Shown here in pieces: positions 47,074 to 55,046 of a stretch of 56,703 bases of DNA. The DNA is from a virus. Taxonomy: Duplodnaviria; Caudoviricetes. Location: positions 1 through 56,703 of IMG/VR virus record IMGVR_UViG_3300046836_000099; one strand, written 5' to 3'. The position numbers and the translations under genes are program-made. Below the pieces are notes generated by a model. That model did not search any database, was not told where the DNA came from, and was given only the letters and a program-made list of their open reading frames with translations. Positions within the stretch are counted from its first letter, which is position 1. Every line of letters begins with the position of its first letter.

Positions 47074-47146
47074 TGGGCCTCCTTGGAATCGAACCAAGAA
47101 CCATCGTGTTATGAGCACGCCGCTCTAACCATTGAGCTAGAGGCCC
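47074..47146 (-). tRNA. tRNA with CAT anticodon, probably Ile2 (lysidine, reads AUA)
   Basis: GGGCCTCTAGCTCAATGGTTAGAGC...CTCATAA...GGTTCGATTCC; paired G1-C72, so not fMet; overall resemblance to ileX-type tRNAs; no encoded CCA. Confidence 0.88.
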
Positions 47147-47194
47147 GACCATCTTACTTACGTACTCTTAAACCAGCAGTACGTCTGTTACGCA

Positions 47195-47596
47195 TTACGG
47201 ACTTGTAACAGTTGCGCTAGGATCAGCAGGCTCAGGAGGACTACCATCAGCGGCAGGCGCAGGAGCCTCAACAGGCGGTGCAGGTGCAGCAGCAGGTGTA
47301 AGTGTAACTTCGCCACTAACTGCCTCAGAAGCAACAACAGTAAGTGTGGCCTGAGCGTGAATATCCACGCCGTCATCATTGTGTGCATCGACACCGATAA
47401 TCGTTGCACCCGTAGTACCAGTCTTAGCGACTGTAGCAGACAGTCCATCTGCACTTGCACTTACGGTAGCAACGCTCTCGTCACTACTAGTCCAGACAGG
47501 AGTATCAGCCGGGGAAGTAGCGTTATTATCTGCATCGACGAATCCGACTGTGGCGCTCGGATCGCCGTCGGTGTCCTTAAGCGTAATATCAGCCAT
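47195..47596 (-). CDS. Ig-like (Big_2-type) domain protein with Pro/Ala tail
   Basis: PVWTSSDESVATVSASADGLSATV motif; AGGAGG RBS. Confidence 0.8.
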   Translation of the reverse strand: MADITLKDTDGDPSATVGFVDADNNATSPADTPVWTSSDESVATVSASADGLSATVAKTGTTGATIIGVDAHNDDGVDIHAQATLTVVASEAVSGEVTLTPAAAPAPPVEAPAPAADGSPPEPADPSATVTSP

Positions 47597-47719
47597 GTAA
47601 CTGTTTCCTCCTGTTAGAAATACGTATGAGAATACTGCTTTGCCTGGTACAAACCCTAGTAACTTTAGGGCATCTTCAATTTTCTTTGTCGTAATAATGA
47701 CCTGCGTTTTCCACCCCCT

Positions 47720-47992
47720 CTATAGTTCCCCTTCAAGCTTTGGTTTAGGATCAAGTATCTCACTAAGCTTTAGAATTGCATGAGTGCTGCACAGTGGCAT
47801 TCCTAGTATCTTGATGTAAGTAGGACTACCACATCGTCTGGAAGTGCATCGCATTTCGTCGTCAACCCATGTAACGTGCTTAGTGTTTCTACTGTTCTTG
47901 TGTGGATAACCTGATCCTATAATCTCTGTCGCGCGTCTTGTATCTTTCTTTTCACCTAGTAATGCCTTGACCTCTTCTTGTGTGAGGCCCAT
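47720..47992 (-). CDS. Hypothetical zinc-binding protein
   Basis: CTSRRCG...LCSTH. Confidence 0.7.
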   Translation of the reverse strand: MGLTQEEVKALLGEKKDTRRATEIIGSGYPHKNSRNTKHVTWVDDEMRCTSRRCGSPTYIKILGMPLCSTHAILKLSEILDPKPKLEGEL

Positions 47993-49341
47993 TATCTATC
48001 GAAGTTCGGTTGGAATCCTGCCTCCAACGTAGCAACATAATCGCTACCATCCTCTGCCTGCAAGCAAGCAGTACGAAAAATGCAGTTGAGACAGTTGTAC
48101 TCTTTGCGAGGATTAGGATACGGAACAGGATCGCCCAACATATCGAGAGATTCAAAGTAAAGCCTGATACGTGCATTGATCCGCTGAGAGTTATTACGCC
48201 ACATAGGTTTGGTATTGATGAACCTCGTATTCTCTGATTCAATCAACCATTCGTAATAGCTCTGCATCTTTGGGTCTTTGTCAAAGATGATCCTAATGCC
48301 TAGTTTGTCGATCGCCTCGGCAAACATCTTGGCTGTAGTTGTTTCGCTCTGCCTGTTGATAGAGGGCATACCCTTTGACGTAATTGTCGGCGGCTTAGGG
48401 TATCCTTTAAGCAGGGCTTGATAATCAATGAATTCAAGCTTCTTATATGGTAGGTCATGGATTACGGCCTCAACCTCTCCTAGAGTAAGATAAGTGGTAC
48501 ACTGTTCATCTAGGTCTAGATGACGGAAATAGTCCTCACCAATTACACTAGCCGTCTTGTAATCTCTAATGCCGTAGCGACCACTATCACGATCCTGAAT
48601 GATGATATCCATACGACCGCGAGCGTGACACTGTTTTTCGATGACGTAGTTACCTTCACCATCATCGAAACCTTCTTGCATTAGATTACCGAATGCATTT
48701 TCTGCTACTGTATTCGGTGTCCAACCATCCGGCATTTCCCGCTTATCAACCATCATCAGCGGGAAACCATCTTTGTCTAGAATAGGAACACTAAAGTCAT
48801 GCTCGGTTGCAATGACTGTAAAGTTGTCATTGGCCTCAGCATAATCTTTGTAGTAACGCATCATGCCCTGACCTAGATCAAGTAGTTCCATGAAATGATC
48901 GTAGTCGGGATTCGGCAATAGTTCGTCTAGACCTTGTATGAACCATGCATCGTGCTCATGGCTATACTGTGGTTCTCTATCACCGTAGTCTTTCACTTCA
49001 TCGTTACTAACGAGTCCACCATTCCACTGTGTATTAAACCAAGTCTCCCATGCAATTACCGGGTCCTCACGCAAAGGACTGTAATACTTCTGTAGCGCAT
49101 AATGGATTCCCGTACCATACCACAGTGGTTCTCTAATCCCTTGTACTCTAGTGATGGGAATGAGATTAAGACGTGAAGGACTTGACCAAGCCCATTTACG
49201 TCTGCACTCTTTAAACGTTCCACGATCACTAGCGTGAACAGGAATGATATCCCACTTACTAGGATTGTGTATGTCTGGAAGTGTAGCTGCGAAGTCAACT
49301 GACATAATTACCCCGTTGTAGATGCAAACTTGGCTGGACAC
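47992..49341 (-). CDS. PD-(D/E)XK (Cas4/RecB-like) exonuclease
   Basis: FKECRRKW, GTGIHYAL, GRMDII...IRDYKT, Q...Y, C-terminal CLNCIFRTAC; start may be ATG near 49306. Confidence 0.88.
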   Translation of the reverse strand: MSSQVCIYNGVIMSVDFAATLPDIHNPSKWDIIPVHASDRGTFKECRRKWAWSSPSRLNLIPITRVQGIREPLWYGTGIHYALQKYYSPLREDPVIAWETWFNTQWNGGLVSNDEVKDYGDREPQYSHEHDAWFIQGLDELLPNPDYDHFMELLDLGQGMMRYYKDYAEANDNFTVIATEHDFSVPILDKDGFPLMMVDKREMPDGWTPNTVAENAFGNLMQEGFDDGEGNYVIEKQCHARGRMDIIIQDRDSGRYGIRDYKTASVIGEDYFRHLDLDEQCTTYLTLGEVEAVIHDLPYKKLEFIDYQALLKGYPKPPTITSKGMPSINRQSETTTAKMFAEAIDKLGIRIIFDKDPKMQSYYEWLIESENTRFINTKPMWRNNSQRINARIRLYFESLDMLGDPVPYPNPRKEYNCLNCIFRTACLQAEDGSDYVATLEAGFQPNFDR

Positions 49342-49447
49342 TCAAGAGTAATAGCAGCAGCCGTTACTCTAGTTCCGCAAAGAGAGCAATAGTGTGCGTC
49401 AACATTGAGTACGTGACTAAAATGTTTTGTTAGTTTCTTACGTCCCA

Positions 49448-49825
49448 TTACTGCTCCTTCGAGTTACAATACTCTCTTGCTTTTTCCTCACCATTAACGA
49501 AGTGCAATTCACTTACTAAACAACTATCTGCACTACCATCGAAGAACTGAACAATCATTTCACCTAGACCGTGTGGATTCCAACTTACAGCTACACCAAT
49601 AGGCGTACCGTCGTCTTTAGCAACTAGTGTAGGACTATCTGCTTTCTTGTGCCAGATAGTAAACCTACCACAGTCAGGACACGGCTGTTGGTAGTAGCCA
49701 TTACTATCCATACGTTCTGCCCAATCGTGCCACGCACCGTAGCTATCAGGCTCTAGGTAATAACCGTCGCCTTTCCTACCGCAATGCTTACAACCTTTAC
49801 TGTGTAGTGCGGGCATCTTTTTCAT
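49448..49825 (-). CDS. Hypothetical protein with CxxC motifs
   Basis: 3' part of ORF-track 49448..49924; AAGGAAG RBS. Confidence 0.65.
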   Translation of the reverse strand: MKKMPALHSKGCKHCGRKGDGYYLEPDSYGAWHDWAERMDSNGYYQQPCPDCGRFTIWHKKADSPTLVAKDDGTPIGVAVSWNPHGLGEMIVQFFDGSADSCLVSELHFVNGEEKAREYCNSKEQ

Positions 49826-50399
49826 TCTTCCTTCGTTTACGCTGGTTGCGTCTATCAACACAAATCTCACAACCATCTGTATAATTATCTTGCGGAGTAC
49901 CACAACCACTACATACAGCGCCATTGCTATCTCTACGAGTAATGCGCCAACGAGCTAACTCATTGATAGAACGTTCGTTCTTCCTTCGCATACTAATCAG
50001 TTCAAGTAGAACTTTCTTGAACTTCGCTTTTTGCACGAACCTAGTCTTACCAGTAAGTACACTCGTCAGCGCATTGTAACTTAGTCCACTACGATTGGCA
50101 AGTTCTAGTAAACCAATTCGGTTAACTGCCTCAGCGTAGTAATGCCTTACATCAGAAGCACGGACATAACCATGTTCAGAACCGGGGTTAGCTAACCTAG
50201 ACCAGTTCTGACATAATCGGCATCTGGATAACAACTCACCTTCTCTATGACCTCCACCATTACTTTTGCGTACATGATAGTATTTATCAGTAGCAGGTAG
50301 ATAAGTGGGTTCATCGTGAGCAGGTCCAGTACACCGTTTATGCCATGTACCGTCAACAATCTTATAAACTCCCGATGCAACTTGCCATTCGCTAGGCAC
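49797..50399 (-). CDS. Zinc-finger plus XRE-type HTH DNA-binding protein
   Basis: LLELANRSGLSYNALTSVLTGK HTH; several Cys pairs. Confidence 0.7.
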   Translation of the reverse strand: MPSEWQVASGVYKIVDGTWHKRCTGPAHDEPTYLPATDKYYHVRKSNGGGHREGELLSRCRLCQNWSRLANPGSEHGYVRASDVRHYYAEAVNRIGLLELANRSGLSYNALTSVLTGKTRFVQKAKFKKVLLELISMRRKNERSINELARWRITRRDSNGAVCSGCGTPQDNYTDGCEICVDRRNQRKRRKNEKDARTTQ

Positions 50400-50400
50400 T

Positions 50401-52041
50401 CTATTCGTCGTGGAAAATCTCTCTGAACCAACCGTTCTTAACTTGATTGACCCGTTCGATATAGTTGTCTACAGTGTTCTTAGCATTGATGTTGATTACC
50501 ACTGGAACACTGATCTGACCAGGCCGACGGATACGACCGATACCCTGGTTATTATCCTTCGGACTCCACGACCGATCTAGGAACACTAGATGATGAGCCG
50601 GAGTTAGGTTGATTGACTCTCCACCTAGCTGTAGTGTACTCATAAAGATACGATTCTCCATCTTCGGAAACTCAACAAACCACTTTTCGTATCTTTCGCT
50701 GTCACTGTCATGCTGATCCATATGGATATACTTGTACTCCATATCAGTACCAGCAGCAGTTTGATTGTGTTTGTTGAGTCTAGCCTTAAGAAGATCGAGT
50801 GGGTCCTTAAAGCAACTAAATACAACCAGTGGTTCTTTCCGTTCTTCGTCCCACTGTAGTCCTTCAAGAACTTCCATTACTGCATCCAACTTACTAGACG
50901 GTTCACGAAGCTTAATCTTCTGAACACGCCTATCTAGAACTTCGTCGAAGTAATCCTCAGTAACCTCAGGAGTACCGACACAAATCTGCCTTAGACGCTG
51001 CAACAGACTTAGTACGTTTGCAGAGTAAAGAGCAGTACCGTTCTGGTCGAGAGTTTGTAGTTCACCCTTAATCTCATTATACATCTTACGCTGAGTTGGG
51101 TTAAGATCAACCACAATCGGCTGAAATACAACCTTCTCGATACCAGGGTGAGTCTGGTCAAGTGTTCGTCTAACTCCTATGTTACGAACAAGAGCCTTAA
51201 ACTCTTCCTTATTCTCAGGCTTGACGCCTACGACCTTTGCATAACCTTCGCCATTGTCGATTTCACAATACTTAGCGTGAAAGTCCCAGAACGAAGTGTA
51301 CGTCTTAGGATCAAGCCAGTTCAACAGTGACCAGATTTCGTTAGGCCGGTTAATGAATCCAGTACCCGTACTACCGTGTCGTCCAACTCTGGTCTTAATC
51401 TTCTTGATGTTGACAGTCCATCTAGAATCCTTATCCTTCATCCGGTGGAACTCGTCTGTCCACACAAAGTCCCAAACGTGGTCAGCGATGTAGTCTGCCT
51501 GCTTCCACTCTTTCAAAAGGAACTTACCAGTAACAGGATCTTTAATGGGCCTGCCGTTATCGTCCTCTTTAAACTGGCCCCTACCAGCACTAGAGAACAC
51601 GTTGTAATGCGTGACGCAAATGGTAGGCATACCAAACTCTTTAGGACAATTCTTAATCCCTGGGAGTTTCATTTCCTTACCATTAATGAACACTGAGATA
51701 GCCTGCGTTTCAATATTCATAAACGTCCAGCCCTGGAAGATTTCAGGAACAGCCTCAAAGAATGTACCCTTACCACTCTTGTTAGTAATGATAAGAATGG
51801 AAGGGAACTTACCCTCTTCGATTAGTCCTGCTTCCTGCGCTTCTTTAATCTTCTTGTCGATGAACCACAAGCCTGTGGAGGTTTTATAACAACCCATCTC
51901 CGACCAGTTTGCAGTACCAGCATTCTTACTGCCTGAGTCAATCTGCTTGTTATGTCGATTGCTCAACTTGTGAACATCTACAATCTGCCAAGTCTCCTTG
52001 ACAAACTTACCTGTAGGTTTAGGTTGAGGTAGAGCTGCCAT
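50401..52041 (-). CDS. SNF2-family (DEAD/H) helicase
   Basis: EMGCYKT (degenerate Walker A), DEFH, STGT, ESINL, QGIGRIRRPGQ. Confidence 0.88.
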   Translation of the reverse strand: MAALPQPKPTGKFVKETWQIVDVHKLSNRHNKQIDSGSKNAGTANWSEMGCYKTSTGLWFIDKKIKEAQEAGLIEEGKFPSILIITNKSGKGTFFEAVPEIFQGWTFMNIETQAISVFINGKEMKLPGIKNCPKEFGMPTICVTHYNVFSSAGRGQFKEDDNGRPIKDPVTGKFLLKEWKQADYIADHVWDFVWTDEFHRMKDKDSRWTVNIKKIKTRVGRHGSTGTGFINRPNEIWSLLNWLDPKTYTSFWDFHAKYCEIDNGEGYAKVVGVKPENKEEFKALVRNIGVRRTLDQTHPGIEKVVFQPIVVDLNPTQRKMYNEIKGELQTLDQNGTALYSANVLSLLQRLRQICVGTPEVTEDYFDEVLDRRVQKIKLREPSSKLDAVMEVLEGLQWDEERKEPLVVFSCFKDPLDLLKARLNKHNQTAAGTDMEYKYIHMDQHDSDSERYEKWFVEFPKMENRIFMSTLQLGGESINLTPAHHLVFLDRSWSPKDNNQGIGRIRRPGQISVPVVININAKNTVDNYIERVNQVKNGWFREIFHDE

Positions 52042-52252
52042 TGTTATTGTCCGTTTCTGTGAATGTCAAGTTAATCAGGTAAAGCTTCTTCTCTCGCTTA
52101 ACACAGATAACCTTACCCACTAGATCAAGATAGAGAACTGCTGCCATAGCAGTTTCTCTTGTCTTAATCTCAGTTTCTTCACGGCCTGGAATACTCTCAT
52201 TCCAGAAGTCCATGATAATGTTTCTAACTTGTTTTTGTGATAGGCTTGGCAC
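52019..52252 (-). CDS. Hypothetical protein (possible distant paralog of 7654/54648 family)
   Basis: IMDFWN and KLYLIN motifs. Confidence 0.65.
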   Translation of the reverse strand: MPSLSQKQVRNIIMDFWNESIPGREETEIKTRETAMAAVLYLDLVGKVICVKREKKLYLINLTFTETDNNNGSSTST

Positions 52253-52715
52253 CGTGTACTGCCCTTTCTAAAGCGTCGTCGTCTGAAAGATTATTACGTT
52301 TCCTGTAGTTATAGTAGCGTACCGCTGCTCTGCGGCATTCGTCTCGCTTACTACAGAAAATCGTTCGACCCTTTGTGCCCTGCTTTATCTTGTCGCCGCA
52401 CATAGCACATCTGGGTCTATTGTCGTCACCTACTTTAAGTATTGCTTCCATCGAACTTACTTTGTAATGTACCATCACCCTTTCTATTGAATCAGCGTTA
52501 CGTTCTAACCATTGAACTCTCCTGCACGTAATACAAATCCTACGAGAGTTCTGGTAAGGAATAAAATCATTACCACAACGCTCACAAGGTATGTACTCAC
52601 CGATTACACTAGGACTACAAGAGAAGCAAAAGCCGGTGACGGGGTTAAGTCGATCAACCCCGTCACCGCACGATGGACACCATTCGTCATACTTTAATTT
52701 TTGTGCTATGCCCAT
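52224..52715 (-). CDS. Multi-CxxC zinc-finger protein
   Basis: Six Cys pairs. Confidence 0.75.
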   Translation of the reverse strand: MGIAQKLKYDEWCPSCGDGVDRLNPVTGFCFSCSPSVIGEYIPCERCGNDFIPYQNSRRICITCRRVQWLERNADSIERVMVHYKVSSMEAILKVGDDNRPRCAMCGDKIKQGTKGRTIFCSKRDECRRAAVRYYNYRKRNNLSDDDALERAVHGAKPITKTS

Positions 52716-52911
52716 TCGTAGTTGCTTTTGCAGCTAACACCTTTGCTTGTAATGATTCTGACGTTGGGGAAGATAATCGTCGTTCGCTAAATCTGTCGTA
52801 ATCTTTCTTGAATGAAGCATTCACTCTTTCGATTAGTTGAGCGTGTTGATTACCCTCATGCCCACCTTCGCAAGAACAACCAGAACCTTCACTCTTACGG
52901 TCGTCACCCAA
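52687..52911 (-). CDS. Hypothetical protein
   Basis: 74 aa, TTG start; fills the gap after the Rpf gene. Confidence 0.45.
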   Translation of the reverse strand: MGDDRKSEGSGCSCEGGHEGNQHAQLIERVNASFKKDYDRFSERRLSSPTSESLQAKVLAAKATTNGHSTKIKV

Positions 52912-53475
52912 TTAGTACCTCGCTCCACAGACAGGCCAGTTACTTAAACTCAAGTGACTAGCAATTGCGATCTGTTGCATTTCAGTTGCGTGGTCTGCTC
53001 TATCTGCATAACGTCCACCACCAGAGTTAATCCAAGTAGTGTACGTAAACTGCAAACCACCGTAGAAATTATTACCTGTGTTATCTTGCCAATTATTACC
53101 AGACTCACAACTAGCTACCTGCTCCCAACAAGAAATACATGCACCACCCAACATAGATCGCTGCTGCAACTCCGACTGCAAATGCAACGATTGCTGTAAT
53201 TCTCGCAGGGTCCATCTTAGTTGTGCTCTGTGCCATTTGACTACCTTTACATCGTGAAACTTACTGGTACGAATTACCCATTGATCGTGACGGATAATCC
53301 TATGCTGCCACTTAATCACCACAGGAAGGACAAAATGCTTATGAGGCATCATAATCCTAGTGTGATGTACTTGCTTGTGACTAGCGGGGTCTAATTTACC
53401 TTGCGCTGTTTGTCCTAGAGATAGTGCTAGTAAACAACTAGCCACTATGGTAGTTAGTGTCAGCTTGGAGTAAAT
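52912..53475 (-). CDS. rpf: Secreted resuscitation-promoting factor (Rpf)-family transglycosylase
   Basis: WEQVASCESGNNWQDNTGNNFYGGLQF...W...GG...ADHATEMQQIAIA...WPVCG; signal peptide; probable ATT start at 53475 (GTG at 53445 is the alternative). Confidence 0.92.
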   Translation of the reverse strand: MYSKLTLTTIVASCLLALSLGQTAQGKLDPASHKQVHHTRIMMPHKHFVLPVVIKWQHRIIRHDQWVIRTSKFHDVKVVKWHRAQLRWTLRELQQSLHLQSELQQRSMLGGACISCWEQVASCESGNNWQDNTGNNFYGGLQFTYTTWINSGGGRYADRADHATEMQQIAIASHLSLSNWPVCGARY

Positions 53476-53525
53476 TGCGCCTGCTCCTTGTTAGATTACA
53501 TTTCCTCTACTTTACTAGTAGGTAT

Positions 53526-53926
53526 GTTGCCGGTAAGTGTTTACCACATGGGGAGAGATGGGAGCAGTAAACTCCTTACCGGCAACTTTATGAACTACGG
53601 TAGTCTAGTCCCTGGGGAAAAACTTTAAGTCCCTGTAACTAGATACGTGTCATTCGATATTCGTGACGTATCGAAAGCCCAACACGTTCGCCTTACACGC
53701 GCTATAGTTCTACCGTAGTTCAATGAGTTAGTAGGTTCAGGCTGAGGTAATCGGCCGATACCCCCACTTGTGTCGTTGCATTGCGAATGGCGACACCTTC
53801 CTACTAACTCATTCAACTACGAATATGAACTACCCCTGCGAATGTAGTCATCCTATTGAGTTACAATTAACAGGGGTAGTTCAGTAGTGCAGTTAGGCCG
53901 TCGGCCATGACACCTAACTGCACTAC
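53526..53926. ncRNA. Candidate structured RNA: tandem stem-loops
   Basis: Five stems: 53526-53586, 53591-53722, 53714-53821, 53826-53883, 53884-53926; no credible ORF; downstream of promoter 54169-54197. Confidence 0.55.
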
Positions 53927-53939
53927 CCAACTACGCCTG

Positions 53940-54056
53940 CTATTTGCGGTTCTTCTTCCTAGACGCTTTAGCTTTCTTACTTGCAGCCTGCCGCTTTTTG
54001 TATCTAAGTGAGAACGAACGGCTGTTGTGGCCGTCTATACCGCCATGTTTACGCAT
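53940..54056 (-). CDS. Very basic 38-aa peptide
   Basis: MRKHGGIDGHNSRSFSLRYKKRQAASKKAKASRKKNRK; no obvious SD. Confidence 0.5.
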   Translation of the reverse strand: MRKHGGIDGHNSRSFSLRYKKRQAASKKAKASRKKNRK

Positions 54057-54075
54057 TAGGTAATAGAACGAAAAG

Positions 54076-54136
54076 AGGCCAGTAAGTGCGGAGAACGGAA
54101 CGACGACAGTTCTGCTCTAAACACACTTACTGGCCT
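54076..54136. other. Stem-loop (13-bp arms) in 5' leader
   Basis: AGGCCAGTAAGTG / CACTTACTGGCCT. Confidence 0.7.
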
Positions 54137-54168
54137 TATTGATGGGCGCGCGCAGCACATCACGGTTA

Positions 54169-54197
54169 AGCCTAGCACAGATCAGGGAAAATGTCAA
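54169..54197 (-). promoter_or_regulatory. Sigma70/HrdB-type promoter
   Basis: TTGACA-17 nt-TAGGCT with extended TG. Confidence 0.8.
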
Positions 54198-54321
54198 CCC
54201 CCTCGGCAAATATATTTAGCGCGCTAATCTCTTTAAGCGAACAAGAGGGCGATAACGATATAAGCCGCTACTAGGATTGTGGTGCAAACCAAGATAGCAT
54301 TCCAAAGAGCTTTCATCGTGG

Positions 54322-54474
54322 TTACACGCGCTCAGCAACTTTTTGAACTAAGAGCCAGCGCCAGCCACGATCCGCAATGTAATGAGGAACGTAACCGGCT
54401 TCTATAAGAGAATTAATGTAATCCTCTCCATGCAGTTCATACTGCTCTGCTATGAAGTCGTATTCACCCATCAT
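54322..54474 (-). CDS. Hypothetical protein, 50 aa
   Basis: AAAGGAG RBS; MMGEYDFIAEQYELHG... Confidence 0.65.
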   Translation of the reverse strand: MMGEYDFIAEQYELHGEDYINSLIEAGYVPHYIADRGWRWLLVQKVAERV

Positions 54475-54504
54475 TACGTACTCCTTTTCGTACTATGAGG
54501 TTAT

Positions 54505-54581
54505 CCTCATAATGATAATGTAGACCTAGGATTTCGAGTCAGCGAGGAAACGCCTTCCCTATCTACATTATCATTATGAGG
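54505..54581. other. Stem-loop with 20-bp perfect arms
   Basis: CCTCATAATGATAATGTAGA / TCTACATTATCATTATGAGG. Confidence 0.8.
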
Positions 54582-54647
54582 GGTAGTTGCCTACCCCCCA
54601 TAACGACCTACCAGTGTAGTTACTTAACTAGACGGTAGGTAGCAATA

Positions 54648-55046
54648 CTACGCCTCGCTGGTATCAGTCTCAGTCTCGTCAACCGATTCAGCGTCAACAC
54701 CCTCAACAAGCGAAGTGTTGATAAGGAACACGCGCTCGTCCGGTGTGTCCTTAGTACCGATGTTCTTCTTAATCACCTTAATCGTCGGACCCCACTCACG
54801 AACCAACGAACCTTCCTTCGTCTGCTTCTTTTTCGCGTTATTGAGGCCGGTGTAGACATTAGTAGCATCCTTACCACTAAGCTGACCACCCAAGTCAACC
54901 TCAATACCAACTTCCTGCGAATTGTAGAAGTCGTCCAGAACCACGTCATAGTCGCCGCGAGTACGAGTCTCACTAAGCATCTTAGTGATCTCACTCATAT
55001 CCAGTGTGCGACCTGCATTACGTCCAGTAGTCTCGGTGGAACTCAT
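54648..55046 (-). CDS. Hypothetical protein, paralog of 7654..7998
   Basis: AAGGAG RBS; shared motifs. Confidence 0.85.
   Translation of the reverse strand: MSSTETTGRNAGRTLDMSEITKMLSETRTRGDYDVVLDDFYNSQEVGIEVDLGGQLSGKDATNVYTGLNNAKKKQTKEGSLVREWGPTIKVIKKNIGTKDTPDERVFLINTSLVEGVDAESVDETETDTSEA

Noticed and set aside
41626-47722. Genome-wide TAG recoding
   Set aside because: Long conserved genes are uninterrupted under the standard code, TAG is used at coupled gene ends, and no suppressor tRNA is present
47992-49341. CRISPR-associated cas4 locus
   Set aside because: Stand-alone phage exonuclease near Sak4-like ATPase and SSB; no other cas genes
53625-53816. 63-aa ORF in the hairpin region
   Set aside because: No RBS, atypical composition, and it lies wholly within paired stems
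53526-53926. CRISPR mini-array
   Set aside because: No identical direct repeats with regular spacers; the units are inverted repeats of differing sequence and size
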